A DNA stretch of 32,000 bases from Nanobdellota archaeon (GTDB taxonomy: Archaea > Nanobdellota > Nanobdellia > Woesearchaeales > SM23-78). The notes beneath the pieces were generated by a model, which was not told the DNA's origin, did no database searches, and saw only the letters and a list, made by a program, of their open reading frames with translations. The stretch covers positions 13,270 to 45,269 of the forward strand of contig JBBSWA010000031.1 of the NCBI GenBank assembly GCA_038046485.1, written 5' to 3'. Each line of letters begins with the position of its first letter. Positions within the stretch are counted from its first letter, which is position 1. A program made the position numbers and the translations under genes. Below, one piece after another: positions 17,416 to 25,073 of the stretch.

Positions 17416-18174
17416 ATGGCTGAACGCAAGAATCAAGGAAGAGACCAACGAAACCGTAATGAACCTAAGTTAGAAGACTGGAAACCCAAGACCAGTATTG
17501 GAGTTAAAGTTAAGAATAAGGAAATTACGCAAGTTGACCAGATCCTTGACCATGGCTATGTTATCATGGAAGCTAGCATTGTAGACTCCTTACTTCCTAC
17601 TGAATCTGAACTCCTCCTCATCGGACAAAGCAAAGGAAAATTCGGTGGCGGACAACGACGAATCTTTAGACAAACTCAGAAGAAAACCCGAGAAGGAAAT
17701 AAACCTAAGTTCTCAACCCTCGCTGCAGTTGGAGATAAAAACGGTCACATCGGCATGGGCATTGGAAAATCAAAAGAGACTGTTCCTGCACGAGAAAAAG
17801 CGGTTCGAAATGCCAAATTAGGTCTTTTCAAGATTGCAAGAGGATGCGGAAGTTGGGAATGCCAATGCAAAGAACCTCATAGTATTCCTTTTGCAGTTCT
17901 GGGCCGATGCGGTTCGGTTCGCGTAAAACTCATGCCTGCTCCTAAAGGAAAGGGCCTCTGCTGCCATCCTGAAGTTGCTAAAGTACTCAAGCTCGCTGGT
18001 ATTCAAGATGTCTGGAGCAAAACCTTTGGACAAACCAAAAATCGCGTCAACTTAGTATCTGCCTTGGAAGCTGCTCTTAGAAAACTAACCACTACTAAAG
18101 TTTTATCTCAATACGAAAAAACCCTTGGAATAACCCGTGGAAGCAAAGAGGTACCTCATGTCCCCAGTATCTAA
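17416..18174 (+). CDS. rps5: 30S ribosomal protein uS5
   Basis: 'AAVGDKNGHIGMGIGKSKETVPA..' and the C-terminal S5 domain. ATG at 17416, after the uL18 stop; the track start at 17401 is TTG. Confidence 0.92.
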   Translation: MAERKNQGRDQRNRNEPKLEDWKPKTSIGVKVKNKEITQVDQILDHGYVIMEASIVDSLLPTESELLLIGQSKGKFGGGQRRIFRQTQKKTREGNKPKFSTLAAVGDKNGHIGMGIGKSKETVPAREKAVRNAKLGLFKIARGCGSWECQCKEPHSIPFAVLGRCGSVRVKLMPAPKGKGLCCHPEVAKVLKLAGIQDVWSKTFGQTKNRVNLVSALEAALRKLTTTKVLSQYEKTLGITRGSKEVPHVPSI

Positions 18175-18583
18175 ACCTAAAGAAGCTGGAAAAAATGCAA
18201 CTCATAAAGAGCCTACAGAAGGCGGCAGATTGGCTGCTGTTTTGCTTCGAGGGCTCATCAACACTAAGCACGATATTCGTCAAGCCCTTGTTATTTTGCG
18301 GCTTCGCAAGAAACATGTTTGCGTAGTCTTGTCAGATACCGCTACCAATCGAGGCATGCTTGAGCATTGTAAAGACTACATCACCTGGGGTGAAGTCGAT
18401 GATGTTACTGTTAAAGAATTGGATAGCAAACGTGCCAAAAAAGACGGAAAGGTTGTACACTATCACTTAAACTCTCCTCGCGGAGGATTTGAACGCGGGG
18501 GCATTAAGAAGACGTACGCCCAAGGCGGCGCTTTAGGATATCGAGCCCATAAAATTGGTGATTTGATCCGGAAGATGGTATAA
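18158..18583 (+). CDS. rpl30: 50S ribosomal protein uL30
   Basis: 'LAAVLLRGLINTKHDIRQALVILRLRKKHVCVVL'. The ATG at 18158 is preceded by agagg; the track start at 18137 is GTG. Confidence 0.9.
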   Translation: MSPVSKPKEAGKNATHKEPTEGGRLAAVLLRGLINTKHDIRQALVILRLRKKHVCVVLSDTATNRGMLEHCKDYITWGEVDDVTVKELDSKRAKKDGKVVHYHLNSPRGGFERGGIKKTYAQGGALGYRAHKIGDLIRKMV

Positions 18584-18584
18584 C

Positions 18585-19079
18585 ATGGTACACAACAAAC
18601 GAGCTAAGGATACTAGACAACGTGGCAACCACACTCACGGCTGGGGTAGCAAGAAAAAGCACCGAGGTTCCGGACATCGAGGTGGAAAAGGAAACGCTGG
18701 ATCTGGAAAGAAAGCAGACCAGAAAAAACCCAGCTACTGGGCAGATAAAAATTTCCAAGGCAAACACGGCTTTCACAGTCATTCCCAAGCTTTGCTTCAA
18801 AACCCCATCAACTTAGATGACTTACAGATTCGACTGAATACCCTTGTAACTCAAGGTAAAGCAAAGAAGCACGGAGATAGCTATGAGATTAACCTCAATG
18901 AATTAGGCTATAACAAGCTGCTTGCTTCTGGAAAAGTCGCTCATAAGTTTAAAATTACCGTGGATCATGCCTCTTCAAAAGCTGTTTCCAAAGTTCAAGA
19001 AAAGGGCGGAGAAGTTATGGTCTTAAAAGTAAAGGAAGTAAAAGAAGTAAAAAAAGAAGTGAAGAGTGAGAAGGAATGA
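18585..19079 (+). CDS. rpl15: 50S ribosomal protein uL15, with a K/E/V-rich tail
   Basis: 'HRGSGHRGGKGNAGSGKK' Gly/Lys loop. Canonical slot before secY. Confidence 0.93.
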   Translation: MVHNKRAKDTRQRGNHTHGWGSKKKHRGSGHRGGKGNAGSGKKADQKKPSYWADKNFQGKHGFHSHSQALLQNPINLDDLQIRLNTLVTQGKAKKHGDSYEINLNELGYNKLLASGKVAHKFKITVDHASSKAVSKVQEKGGEVMVLKVKEVKEVKKEVKSEKE

Positions 19080-19420
19080 ACCAATTTTTCCAAGAAGAAC
19101 GCATCTCTATTTGGACAGGAGAGTCCAATCGATATTTTTTTTCTGTGCCTGCCGAAGCTCGGCCTGATTTCAATGCCTTAGGTAGTGCCTTACAAGAAGT
19201 TCTTGAAGATAGAGGACCTGGTTATCACACTTCTTTGGAGGTGTCTTATGGCTCTCTTCGCTTAAACAATCTTGATTTTGATGTTCGAATGAGCTATGAT
19301 TCTAGGTTGTCCGCATTGGAAGTACGAGTTACTGCAAACCCTTCCCTTACAGTCCTAGACTGCTCTTGCCTAATAACTGATATTAATGGAATCATCCCCT
19401 TACTCAGAAGTGAACCATGA
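19076..19420 (+). CDS. hypothetical acidic, lysine-free protein inserted between uL15 and SecY
   Basis: The 114-aa ORF exactly fills the gap. ATGA overlaps on both sides (19076-19079 with the uL15 stop, 19417-20 with the secY start). No motif recognised. Confidence 0.6.
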   Translation: MNQFFQEERISIWTGESNRYFFSVPAEARPDFNALGSALQEVLEDRGPGYHTSLEVSYGSLRLNNLDFDVRMSYDSRLSALEVRVTANPSLTVLDCSCLITDINGIIPLLRSEP

Positions 19421-20787
19421 GCTTTTTTGATGCGATACTTCAAAACCTACCCGAAGTTGCAGGGCCTGAACAGAAGAAGTTAGGCTTTAAAGAAAAATTC
19501 AAATGGACCCTTATTACTCTTGTTTTGTTCTATGTGCTCGGCCTTGTTCCCTTATACGGCCTTGGATCTAACGCATTGCAGCAGTTCGAGTTCTTATCCA
19601 TTATCTTAGGGGCGAGCTTTGGAAGCATTATTAGCCTAGGTATCGGTCCTATTGTCACCGGAAGCATTGTTTTACAATTGCTAAATGGATCCGGTATCTT
19701 GAAGTTTGACTTAACTTCGCATGAAGGAAAAGCACGATTCCAAGGCATTCAAAAACTACTTAGCATCTTTTTCATTCTCTTTGAAGCCGGTATTTACGTA
19801 GGCATGGGCGGACTTCAACCTGCTGCAGGCATCCCCGCTTTGTTCCTGGTCTTCCAACTCTTCTTAGGAGGCATGATTATCTTATTCATGGATGAAATTG
19901 TGAGTAAATGGGGCTTTGGATCAGGTATTAGCTTATTTATTGCAGCTGGCGTGAGTCAAAGTGTGTTAATCCGGGCTTTGAACCCCTTTGCAAGTCCTAC
20001 TAATCCAACGATTGCAGCAGGAGCGATTCCTGCTATCTTCCAATCCTTAGCCCGTGGAGACCCGATGACTTCTGTTAGACTCCTAGCCAGCATTGCTGCT
20101 ACCGTTGTTGTCTTTATGATTGTTGTCTATGTTCAAAGCATGAAAGTAGAAATTCCCTTATCTTTTGGAAGGGTACGCGGTCATGGCATCCGATGGCCCT
20201 TGAACTTTATGTACACCAGCAACATCCCTGTTATTTTAGTGGCTGCACTGATTGCTAACGTTCAGTTATTAGGCAGCTTGCTGCAAAACTGGGGATATCC
20301 CCTCTTTGGACACTTCAGTGGGGGACAAGCCATCTCTGGCTTTGCTTTCTGGCTCAATCCGCCTAATGTACTTGAACAGATTCTTACTGGCAGCATTTCC
20401 GTACTCACCTTCCTCCATGCTCTTGTCTATATCTTTGTTTTAATGGGCGGCAGCGTACTCTTTAGTTATTTTTGGGTTCAAACCAGCGGGATGGATGCCC
20501 GGAGCCAAGCTGAACAAATGTTGAAATCAGGACTGCAAGTACCTGGCTTTAGAAAAGATGCCCGTGTATTGGAGCGATTGCTAGAACGATACATCGGACC
20601 TTTGACGTTTATGGGTGGCTGTGCCGTTGGGCTACTTGCTGCCCTTGCGGATATTTCCGGTGCTCTTACTTCCGGAACAGGTTTATTGTTGACAGTTATG
20701 ATCGTCTATAAACTGTATGAAGATATTGCAAGACAGCACATGATGGACATGAACCCCATGATGCGGCAGTTCATGGGTGGGTCGTAG
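19417..20787 (+). CDS. secY: preprotein translocase subunit SecY
   Basis: 10-TM protein with typical N-terminus 'LPEVAGPEQKKLGFKEKFKWTL' and 'FGSGISLFIAAGV'. Canonical position after uL15. Confidence 0.95.
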   Translation: MSFFDAILQNLPEVAGPEQKKLGFKEKFKWTLITLVLFYVLGLVPLYGLGSNALQQFEFLSIILGASFGSIISLGIGPIVTGSIVLQLLNGSGILKFDLTSHEGKARFQGIQKLLSIFFILFEAGIYVGMGGLQPAAGIPALFLVFQLFLGGMIILFMDEIVSKWGFGSGISLFIAAGVSQSVLIRALNPFASPTNPTIAAGAIPAIFQSLARGDPMTSVRLLASIAATVVVFMIVVYVQSMKVEIPLSFGRVRGHGIRWPLNFMYTSNIPVILVAALIANVQLLGSLLQNWGYPLFGHFSGGQAISGFAFWLNPPNVLEQILTGSISVLTFLHALVYIFVLMGGSVLFSYFWVQTSGMDARSQAEQMLKSGLQVPGFRKDARVLERLLERYIGPLTFMGGCAVGLLAALADISGALTSGTGLLLTVMIVYKLYEDIARQHMMDMNPMMRQFMGGS

Positions 20788-20793
20788 GTATCC

Positions 20794-21300
20794 ATGCCTT
20801 CCTTTACCTCCCCTAACAAAGAACCTCTGGAAAAACTATTTGTTTCTGTTCGAGCTATTCTGGAAAACAATAAACTCCTTACTCTAAGCACGTACGATAA
20901 AAAGCTAAAACAACCCTGTGTTTGTTCTGCATATTATTGCTTTGACAAAGAGCTTAATCTTTACATCTGGACAGATCCGAAGAGTGAACATGGTCGGAAT
21001 ATTGAACAGAATTCAAACGTTGCTGTAAATATAGCTGATACAGCTCAACCCTTGGGAGGGCTTTTGCAAGGCTTGCAGATCACAGCTAAGGCAAAACAAG
21101 TTACTGCTAAGGAACTTCTTGTTATCGGTGCACTTTATATGAAACGATTTCCTAAGGTATCTGCATGGGTGAAAAAAGCAATTGATTTTCATACGAAAGG
21201 ATTTCAAAGTCGGCTTTACAAGATTCAATCCCACAAAATTAAGATCTTTGATGAGAAAACCTTTGGAAAAGAAGAATATCAGGAACTTATCTTTCGATAA
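20794..21300 (+). CDS. pyridoxamine 5'-phosphate oxidase-like (split-barrel FMN-binding) family protein
   Basis: The pattern 'LLTLSTYDKK..QPCVCSAYYCFDKELNLYIWTDPKSEHGRNIEQNSNVAVNI...LQITAKAKQV' fits the PNPOx-like / general-stress-26 fold profile. By-eye call only. Confidence 0.5.
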   Translation: MPSFTSPNKEPLEKLFVSVRAILENNKLLTLSTYDKKLKQPCVCSAYYCFDKELNLYIWTDPKSEHGRNIEQNSNVAVNIADTAQPLGGLLQGLQITAKAKQVTAKELLVIGALYMKRFPKVSAWVKKAIDFHTKGFQSRLYKIQSHKIKIFDEKTFGKEEYQELIFR

Positions 21301-21341
21301 AAGAGAGAACCTTTAAATAACGCCTGTCTCATAAACTTTTC

Positions 21342-22178
21342 ATGATCAATCTTTCTTCGTGGAGAACATGGATTGTCTTTGCGGTTACGCTCATGGTTGT
21401 GACTTGGGCCTTGTATTTGATCTATGTGGTTGATACCATGGCCTCTAAACAAGCTAGTCTCTCTCAACCAGTGCCTAAGCTGGAAGTGGAGAAGACCGAG
21501 CAGCAGTGCTTCCAACGCATCCAAGAACCCATTCCTTCTCTTCTTAATCATCCTACGCTGGTTAAAGGAATACCTACTATGGAATTTCAAGGTCACTTGG
21601 TTCCAATCCTTATCACTCCCACCCGATATGCTGCGCTAAACATGGATACGTACCAAAGTCTGGTTCAGGAATCCATCACTAAAGGCTTTCCTTCTTGTGT
21701 GAAAGAGGTCGGTGGCTATACAATCGAAAATCTCCAAGTTCAGACTAATTTTGATGCGGAAGGACCCCTAACAATCAACCTGCAATACAAGGTTCGTTGG
21801 GAGAACAAGATCCTTAAAGAAGGACGTGCTGCTCTTATGGTTTATTTTAGCCCCAAACACCTCTTTGAGTTTGTTCACTCTTACGTGGAGATCCAACGAA
21901 CCACTCCAGCCATTCGGCTTTCTGATTTAGAAGCCCTTGCACAGAAACACGGCATTTCCCTTGAACTTTACGGATTTGGTGATACTGTGGTTGCGAAGCT
22001 TCAAGATCTTCGAACGGCTTCAACTGCTGGTGAAGGGGTACCTCCTCATTTCATTTACTTGGCCATGCAGTTTCCCTGGCAAGAGCCCATTTCAGGAGCA
22101 GAACTACTCTCCTTTGATAAAATCAAGACTTCCAGTCCAATTGCCTTTAGACAAGGATCCTTTTGGATTGTAAAATAA
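21342..22178 (+). CDS. hypothetical membrane-anchored protein
   Basis: 278-aa ORF with a single N-terminal TM helix 'WRTWIVFAVTLMVVTWALYLIYVV'. No motif recognised. Confidence 0.55.
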   Translation: MINLSSWRTWIVFAVTLMVVTWALYLIYVVDTMASKQASLSQPVPKLEVEKTEQQCFQRIQEPIPSLLNHPTLVKGIPTMEFQGHLVPILITPTRYAALNMDTYQSLVQESITKGFPSCVKEVGGYTIENLQVQTNFDAEGPLTINLQYKVRWENKILKEGRAALMVYFSPKHLFEFVHSYVEIQRTTPAIRLSDLEALAQKHGISLELYGFGDTVVAKLQDLRTASTAGEGVPPHFIYLAMQFPWQEPISGAELLSFDKIKTSSPIAFRQGSFWIVK

Positions 22179-22294
22179 AGAAACATAATCAGGAGCACAT
22201 ATAATTCATATGAAATAGTATGTGTTCCTGTATATAATAAAGTACAACAAATATTAAGAATTATTGCACTTTATTACACAATAAAAGAAAAAAA

Positions 22295-22525
22295 TTATTG
22301 CGGAGAAATAATGGTGATGGTGTCCCCGCGGATAAAGACGGTTCCGAGTTTGCGCTTGAGTTCGTTGTCCACTCTTTCTTCTGCATCGTCTAGAACCACA
22401 TTAATATGAATGTCAAATGCCTTTAACATGCCTGTATATTGGCGGCTGTTCTTTAATTCAACAATGACCCTTTTATTGCGACTCTTATTTAACGCGTCCA
22501 ATGGACGACTTTCCATATTTTCCAT
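22295..22525 (-). CDS. archaeal Sm-like (LSm / SmAP) protein
   Basis: Sm1 'RVIVELKNSRQYTGMLKAFDIHINVVLDDAEE' and Sm2 'LGTVFIRGDTITIISP'. A tttataaa box (22571-22578) lies upstream. Confidence 0.9.
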   Translation of the reverse strand: MENMESRPLDALNKSRNKRVIVELKNSRQYTGMLKAFDIHINVVLDDAEERVDNELKRKLGTVFIRGDTITIISPQ

Positions 22526-22584
22526 GCTATCACCTAAAAAATAAACTTACTCTTCGTATTCGCCGATGCTTTATAAATGTTTTG

Positions 22585-22934
22585 ATCATTTATCGTCTAT
22601 GTTCAAGCCCGTAATTGGTTTACAGTTTGCAAATTTTGCTTATTTTGAGGCATTTTTCATTATGGCGTAATGCGCTTTAATACGTGACGTTTAGCCCTTC
22701 GTGGGAAAGAAAATCAAGATCGATAACTGTGTTATGATGCAGTTGTCGAGCAAAAACTGTAAACTTATTTCGTGCTTATACGCTTTGTCGACGGTGAATG
22801 TCATTCCAGACCCGAAATTCGTTTACAAATACAACCAGCATAGAAAGGGGTATGTCCTTTTTAAACTTTAAAAATGACTTATATACTGCAGAAGTGTAAA
22901 CGAATTTCGGACTTATACAATCATTTATCGTCTA
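22585..22934. mobile_element. MITE-like non-coding element: 15-bp direct repeats flanking about 320 bp with imperfect 24-bp terminal inverted repeats and internal copies of the same motif
   Basis: Direct repeat atcatttatcgtcta at 22585-22599 and 22920-22934. Termini 22601-22624 and 22895-22918 are reverse complements in 19/24 positions by hand alignment. Internal copies at 22758-22781 (+) and 22804-22827 (-). 22812-22827 is a perfect 16-nt complement of 22895-22910. Confidence 0.35.
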
Positions 22935-22945
22935 GAAATGAGCGA

Positions 22946-23311
22946 TTATGCACACCATCTCGCTCCGCTGGAGCTTGTGCCACAGGGAAATTGATAGTCC
23001 TCGTTATCCCCGTCATGATCATTCCAACGCCAGGGATGATAATAATAGGAGGGCCTTCCATATCCGTATCCATAGTAACTCGAATAGGGCGATCGGTAGC
23101 CTAAACGGGGTCTTGAATAACTGGAATAAGAATAGGGGTGCCACTGCCAGTAACCACTTGATTGATAACGATAGGGGTAATCCCAACTGTTATAGCGGTT
23201 GTAATTGTTGTAGTAATTATACGAGTCGCCGTTGTACGAGTACATGGCTGAGGCAAAGGGTAGTAAAGCGAGTAACACTAAAGCCAAAACTATCCCTTGT
23301 GAGGTTTTCAT
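22946..23311 (-). CDS. secreted tyrosine-rich low-complexity protein
   Basis: Signal peptide 'MKTSQGIVLALVLLALLPFASA', then a Y/S/N/G/P/W-rich region (24 Tyr in about 99 residues by hand count) ending 'CGTSSSGARWCA'. I prefer the ATG at 23311; the track start at 23356 is a GTG inside the promoter-like repeat. Confidence 0.6.
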   Translation of the reverse strand: MKTSQGIVLALVLLALLPFASAMYSYNGDSYNYYNNYNRYNSWDYPYRYQSSGYWQWHPYSYSSYSRPRLGYRSPYSSYYGYGYGRPSYYYHPWRWNDHDGDNEDYQFPCGTSSSGARWCA

Positions 23312-23335
23312 AGAATGGGGGAATACGAAGAACTT

Positions 23336-23436
23336 TTTAAACGTTCTGAATTTCACCTTATTAAAAACCCAATATTGGGTGAAATTCTGACGTGATCAAG
23401 AACTGCTTATCATATCTTTTTGGCAGTTCTTGACAG
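23336..23436. repeat. left copy of the inverted promoter/operator-like module
   Basis: Blocks 23336-23352, 23383-23410 and 23426-23436 match the reverse complement of 29499-29515 (17/17), 29441-29468 (27/28) and 29382-29392 (11/11). Block 1 contains TTTAAAAA. Confidence 0.8.
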
Positions 23437-23475
23437 TTTATCCTTAAGGATATCTGAGATGTTTGATATTCATTC

Positions 23476-23866
23476 TTAAGAATAACCATACGGGTTCCAA
23501 TACGAACCCCCATACCTGGTTTGAGGGTAGGCATATACCTCCTGATTGGAGTATGTGTCTACGACGTTATGAATATCCTGTACTTGGTACACCTTATGGT
23601 GTACGGTTCTTAAAATATGATTGCGCTCATGCGTAAAATAACGGTTGATGGGCTGTACATCGTACACGTCTTTCTGAGATACATCTGTATTTAGCGTGTT
23701 AGAAGGTCCATAACTAGGGGAGTTATAGACTCCGTAGTTGAGTTGATTATAAGGCGCATAATAATAGAGAGGTAGGATATCCATATCCTAGAAACTGATA
23801 AGCTCCTACGAGGCTTACGGCTAACAGTGCAATGAGACTGAATACAATCAAAGAGATGATTTTCAT
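23476..23866 (-). pseudogene. second secreted Tyr-rich protein, split by a 1-nt frame discontinuity (pseudogene, assembly indel or recoding)
   Basis: The ATG at 23866 encodes the signal peptide MKIISLIVFSLIALLAVSLVGAYQFLGYGYP... and stops after 38 codons. The Tyr-rich 102-aa ORF (23476-23784) continues in the +1 frame from within the GGATATGGATAT repeat. A gtttttaaac box lies about 26 nt upstream of 23866. Confidence 0.45.
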
Positions 23867-23905
23867 ATCCTGGGGAGGGGTATCTGGTTTTTAAACATTC
23901 GCCCC

Positions 23906-24379
23906 CTATTCTGAGATCTCGACACCCACCTTAGCCTCAGAAACCAGCTTTATATAGTCCTTGGTTGAAATGGCCATGGAGTCGGTAACCAGACCCACGT
24001 TGAAGTTGATTTCTTCGTTTTCCAATAGGGATTTATCGATGTATAATGGAAGGCTTAGTAGGTTTCCAAAGGGAGGAACACTGCCTGGCTCGCAGCCTGT
24101 TTTTTCTAAAAGTTCTTCTGGGTTTGCAAAACGAACCTTTTTTGCACCTAACAGATTACGGATTTTGTTTGAATCAAGCCTTTTGGCGGCGGATAAGACA
24201 CACATGATGAACTCTTCATCTACCTTAAGTACCATGGCCTTGGCACCGGTTTTGACATCCACCCCGCGGATCTTAGCTGCTTCTTCTGACGTACGAACGG
24301 GAGCATGGTGGAACTCTTTGAAGGGGACGTTATTCTGCTGGAATAAAGAACGGATCTTATCCAGGGTTTCTTGTGACAT
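23906..24379 (-). CDS. YbaK/EbsC/ProX-type aminoacyl-tRNA deacylase domain protein
   Basis: 'GAKAMVLKVDEE' and 'GCEPGSVPPFGNL' motifs typical of the YbaK / prolyl-tRNA editing domain family. Confidence 0.75.
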   Translation of the reverse strand: MSQETLDKIRSLFQQNNVPFKEFHHAPVRTSEEAAKIRGVDVKTGAKAMVLKVDEEFIMCVLSAAKRLDSNKIRNLLGAKKVRFANPEELLEKTGCEPGSVPPFGNLLSLPLYIDKSLLENEEINFNVGLVTDSMAISTKDYIKLVSEAKVGVEISE

Positions 24380-24409
24380 CTTATTTGGAGAATTACTTCA
24401 TTTATCAAA

Positions 24410-25018
24410 TTAATGCTTTCTTAAAGCCAAAATACTAAGTATTAAACCGGCCAACGCGATTGCATTAAACCAATATTGATACGAATTTTTTTCAGGGAAT
24501 ACAAATTTCTCTTGATCTTTAGGACAACCAAATGAGCCACTCTTGGATAGGCGCGTGACTCTCTCTGCAATTTTCACTGAGTTATTATCGGAATCGCCAT
24601 GGTTCATTCCTTCCATATTACATTCAAATGTGACATCAAACGGCACACTTTCAATCGAACCGAAAAGATGGTATGCAATCGGAATGGCTTTGCTGAAGTA
24701 AATCGTATTCTTGTAAGAACCTGGACTTCCATACACTGCTTGAATACTCCATTCCTGTCTTTCGTTTCCAGCGATCACTTCCACTTTCAACGACTTCTCC
24801 AAGCCTTCCATCGGAATTTCTGATAGGTTTCCACTCTGATTCTTGACTTCCTTCACCCTCAAATCAATTCCTGACTTGTCTTCCACAACCACAGGCTCAT
24901 TTAGAGAACCGATGACAAAAGAATAGGTTTTATTCCCGATCTTAAAGACTTGATGCTCATGTGCCGTAACGAGAGATACAAACAAAAGAAATAAGATGAT
25001 CCCTTGAAGCCATTTCAT
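24410..25018 (-). CDS. secreted, C-terminally membrane-anchored protein with a His-rich mature N-terminus
   Basis: Signal peptide 'MKWLQGIILFLLFVSLVTA', followed directly by 'HEHQV'. C-terminal TM plus basic tail 'YWFNAIALAGLILSILALRKH'. The architecture, not clear sequence similarity, recalls YcnI/DUF1775 metal-binding proteins. Confidence 0.55.
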   Translation of the reverse strand: MKWLQGIILFLLFVSLVTAHEHQVFKIGNKTYSFVIGSLNEPVVVEDKSGIDLRVKEVKNQSGNLSEIPMEGLEKSLKVEVIAGNERQEWSIQAVYGSPGSYKNTIYFSKAIPIAYHLFGSIESVPFDVTFECNMEGMNHGDSDNNSVKIAERVTRLSKSGSFGCPKDQEKFVFPEKNSYQYWFNAIALAGLILSILALRKH

Positions 25019-25073
25019 GGAGTTCAGCTCTCTTCCCCTCTTTAAAAAGAATTAGGGACAAAAGACGAACGAT

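Noticed and set aside
22526-22945. Possibility that the 420-bp gap encodes SRP RNA or RNase P RNA
   Set aside because: The region is A/T-rich and I found no conserved RNase P CR-I/CR-V-like blocks or SRP domain-IV-like motifs on either strand. The repeat architecture fits a MITE-like element or an operator array better.
22874-23313. Plus-strand ORFs (76 aa and 121 aa) opposite the Tyr-rich gene
   Set aside because: TAT/TAC-rich sense codons leave the antisense frames open. Only the minus-strand frame has a signal peptide and a promoter-like box at the correct distance.
23961-24413. 150-aa plus-strand ORF opposite the YbaK-like gene
   Set aside because: The minus-strand product carries clear YbaK/ProX motifs. 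The plus-strand product has none and is Ser/Leu-rich, which is shadow-like.
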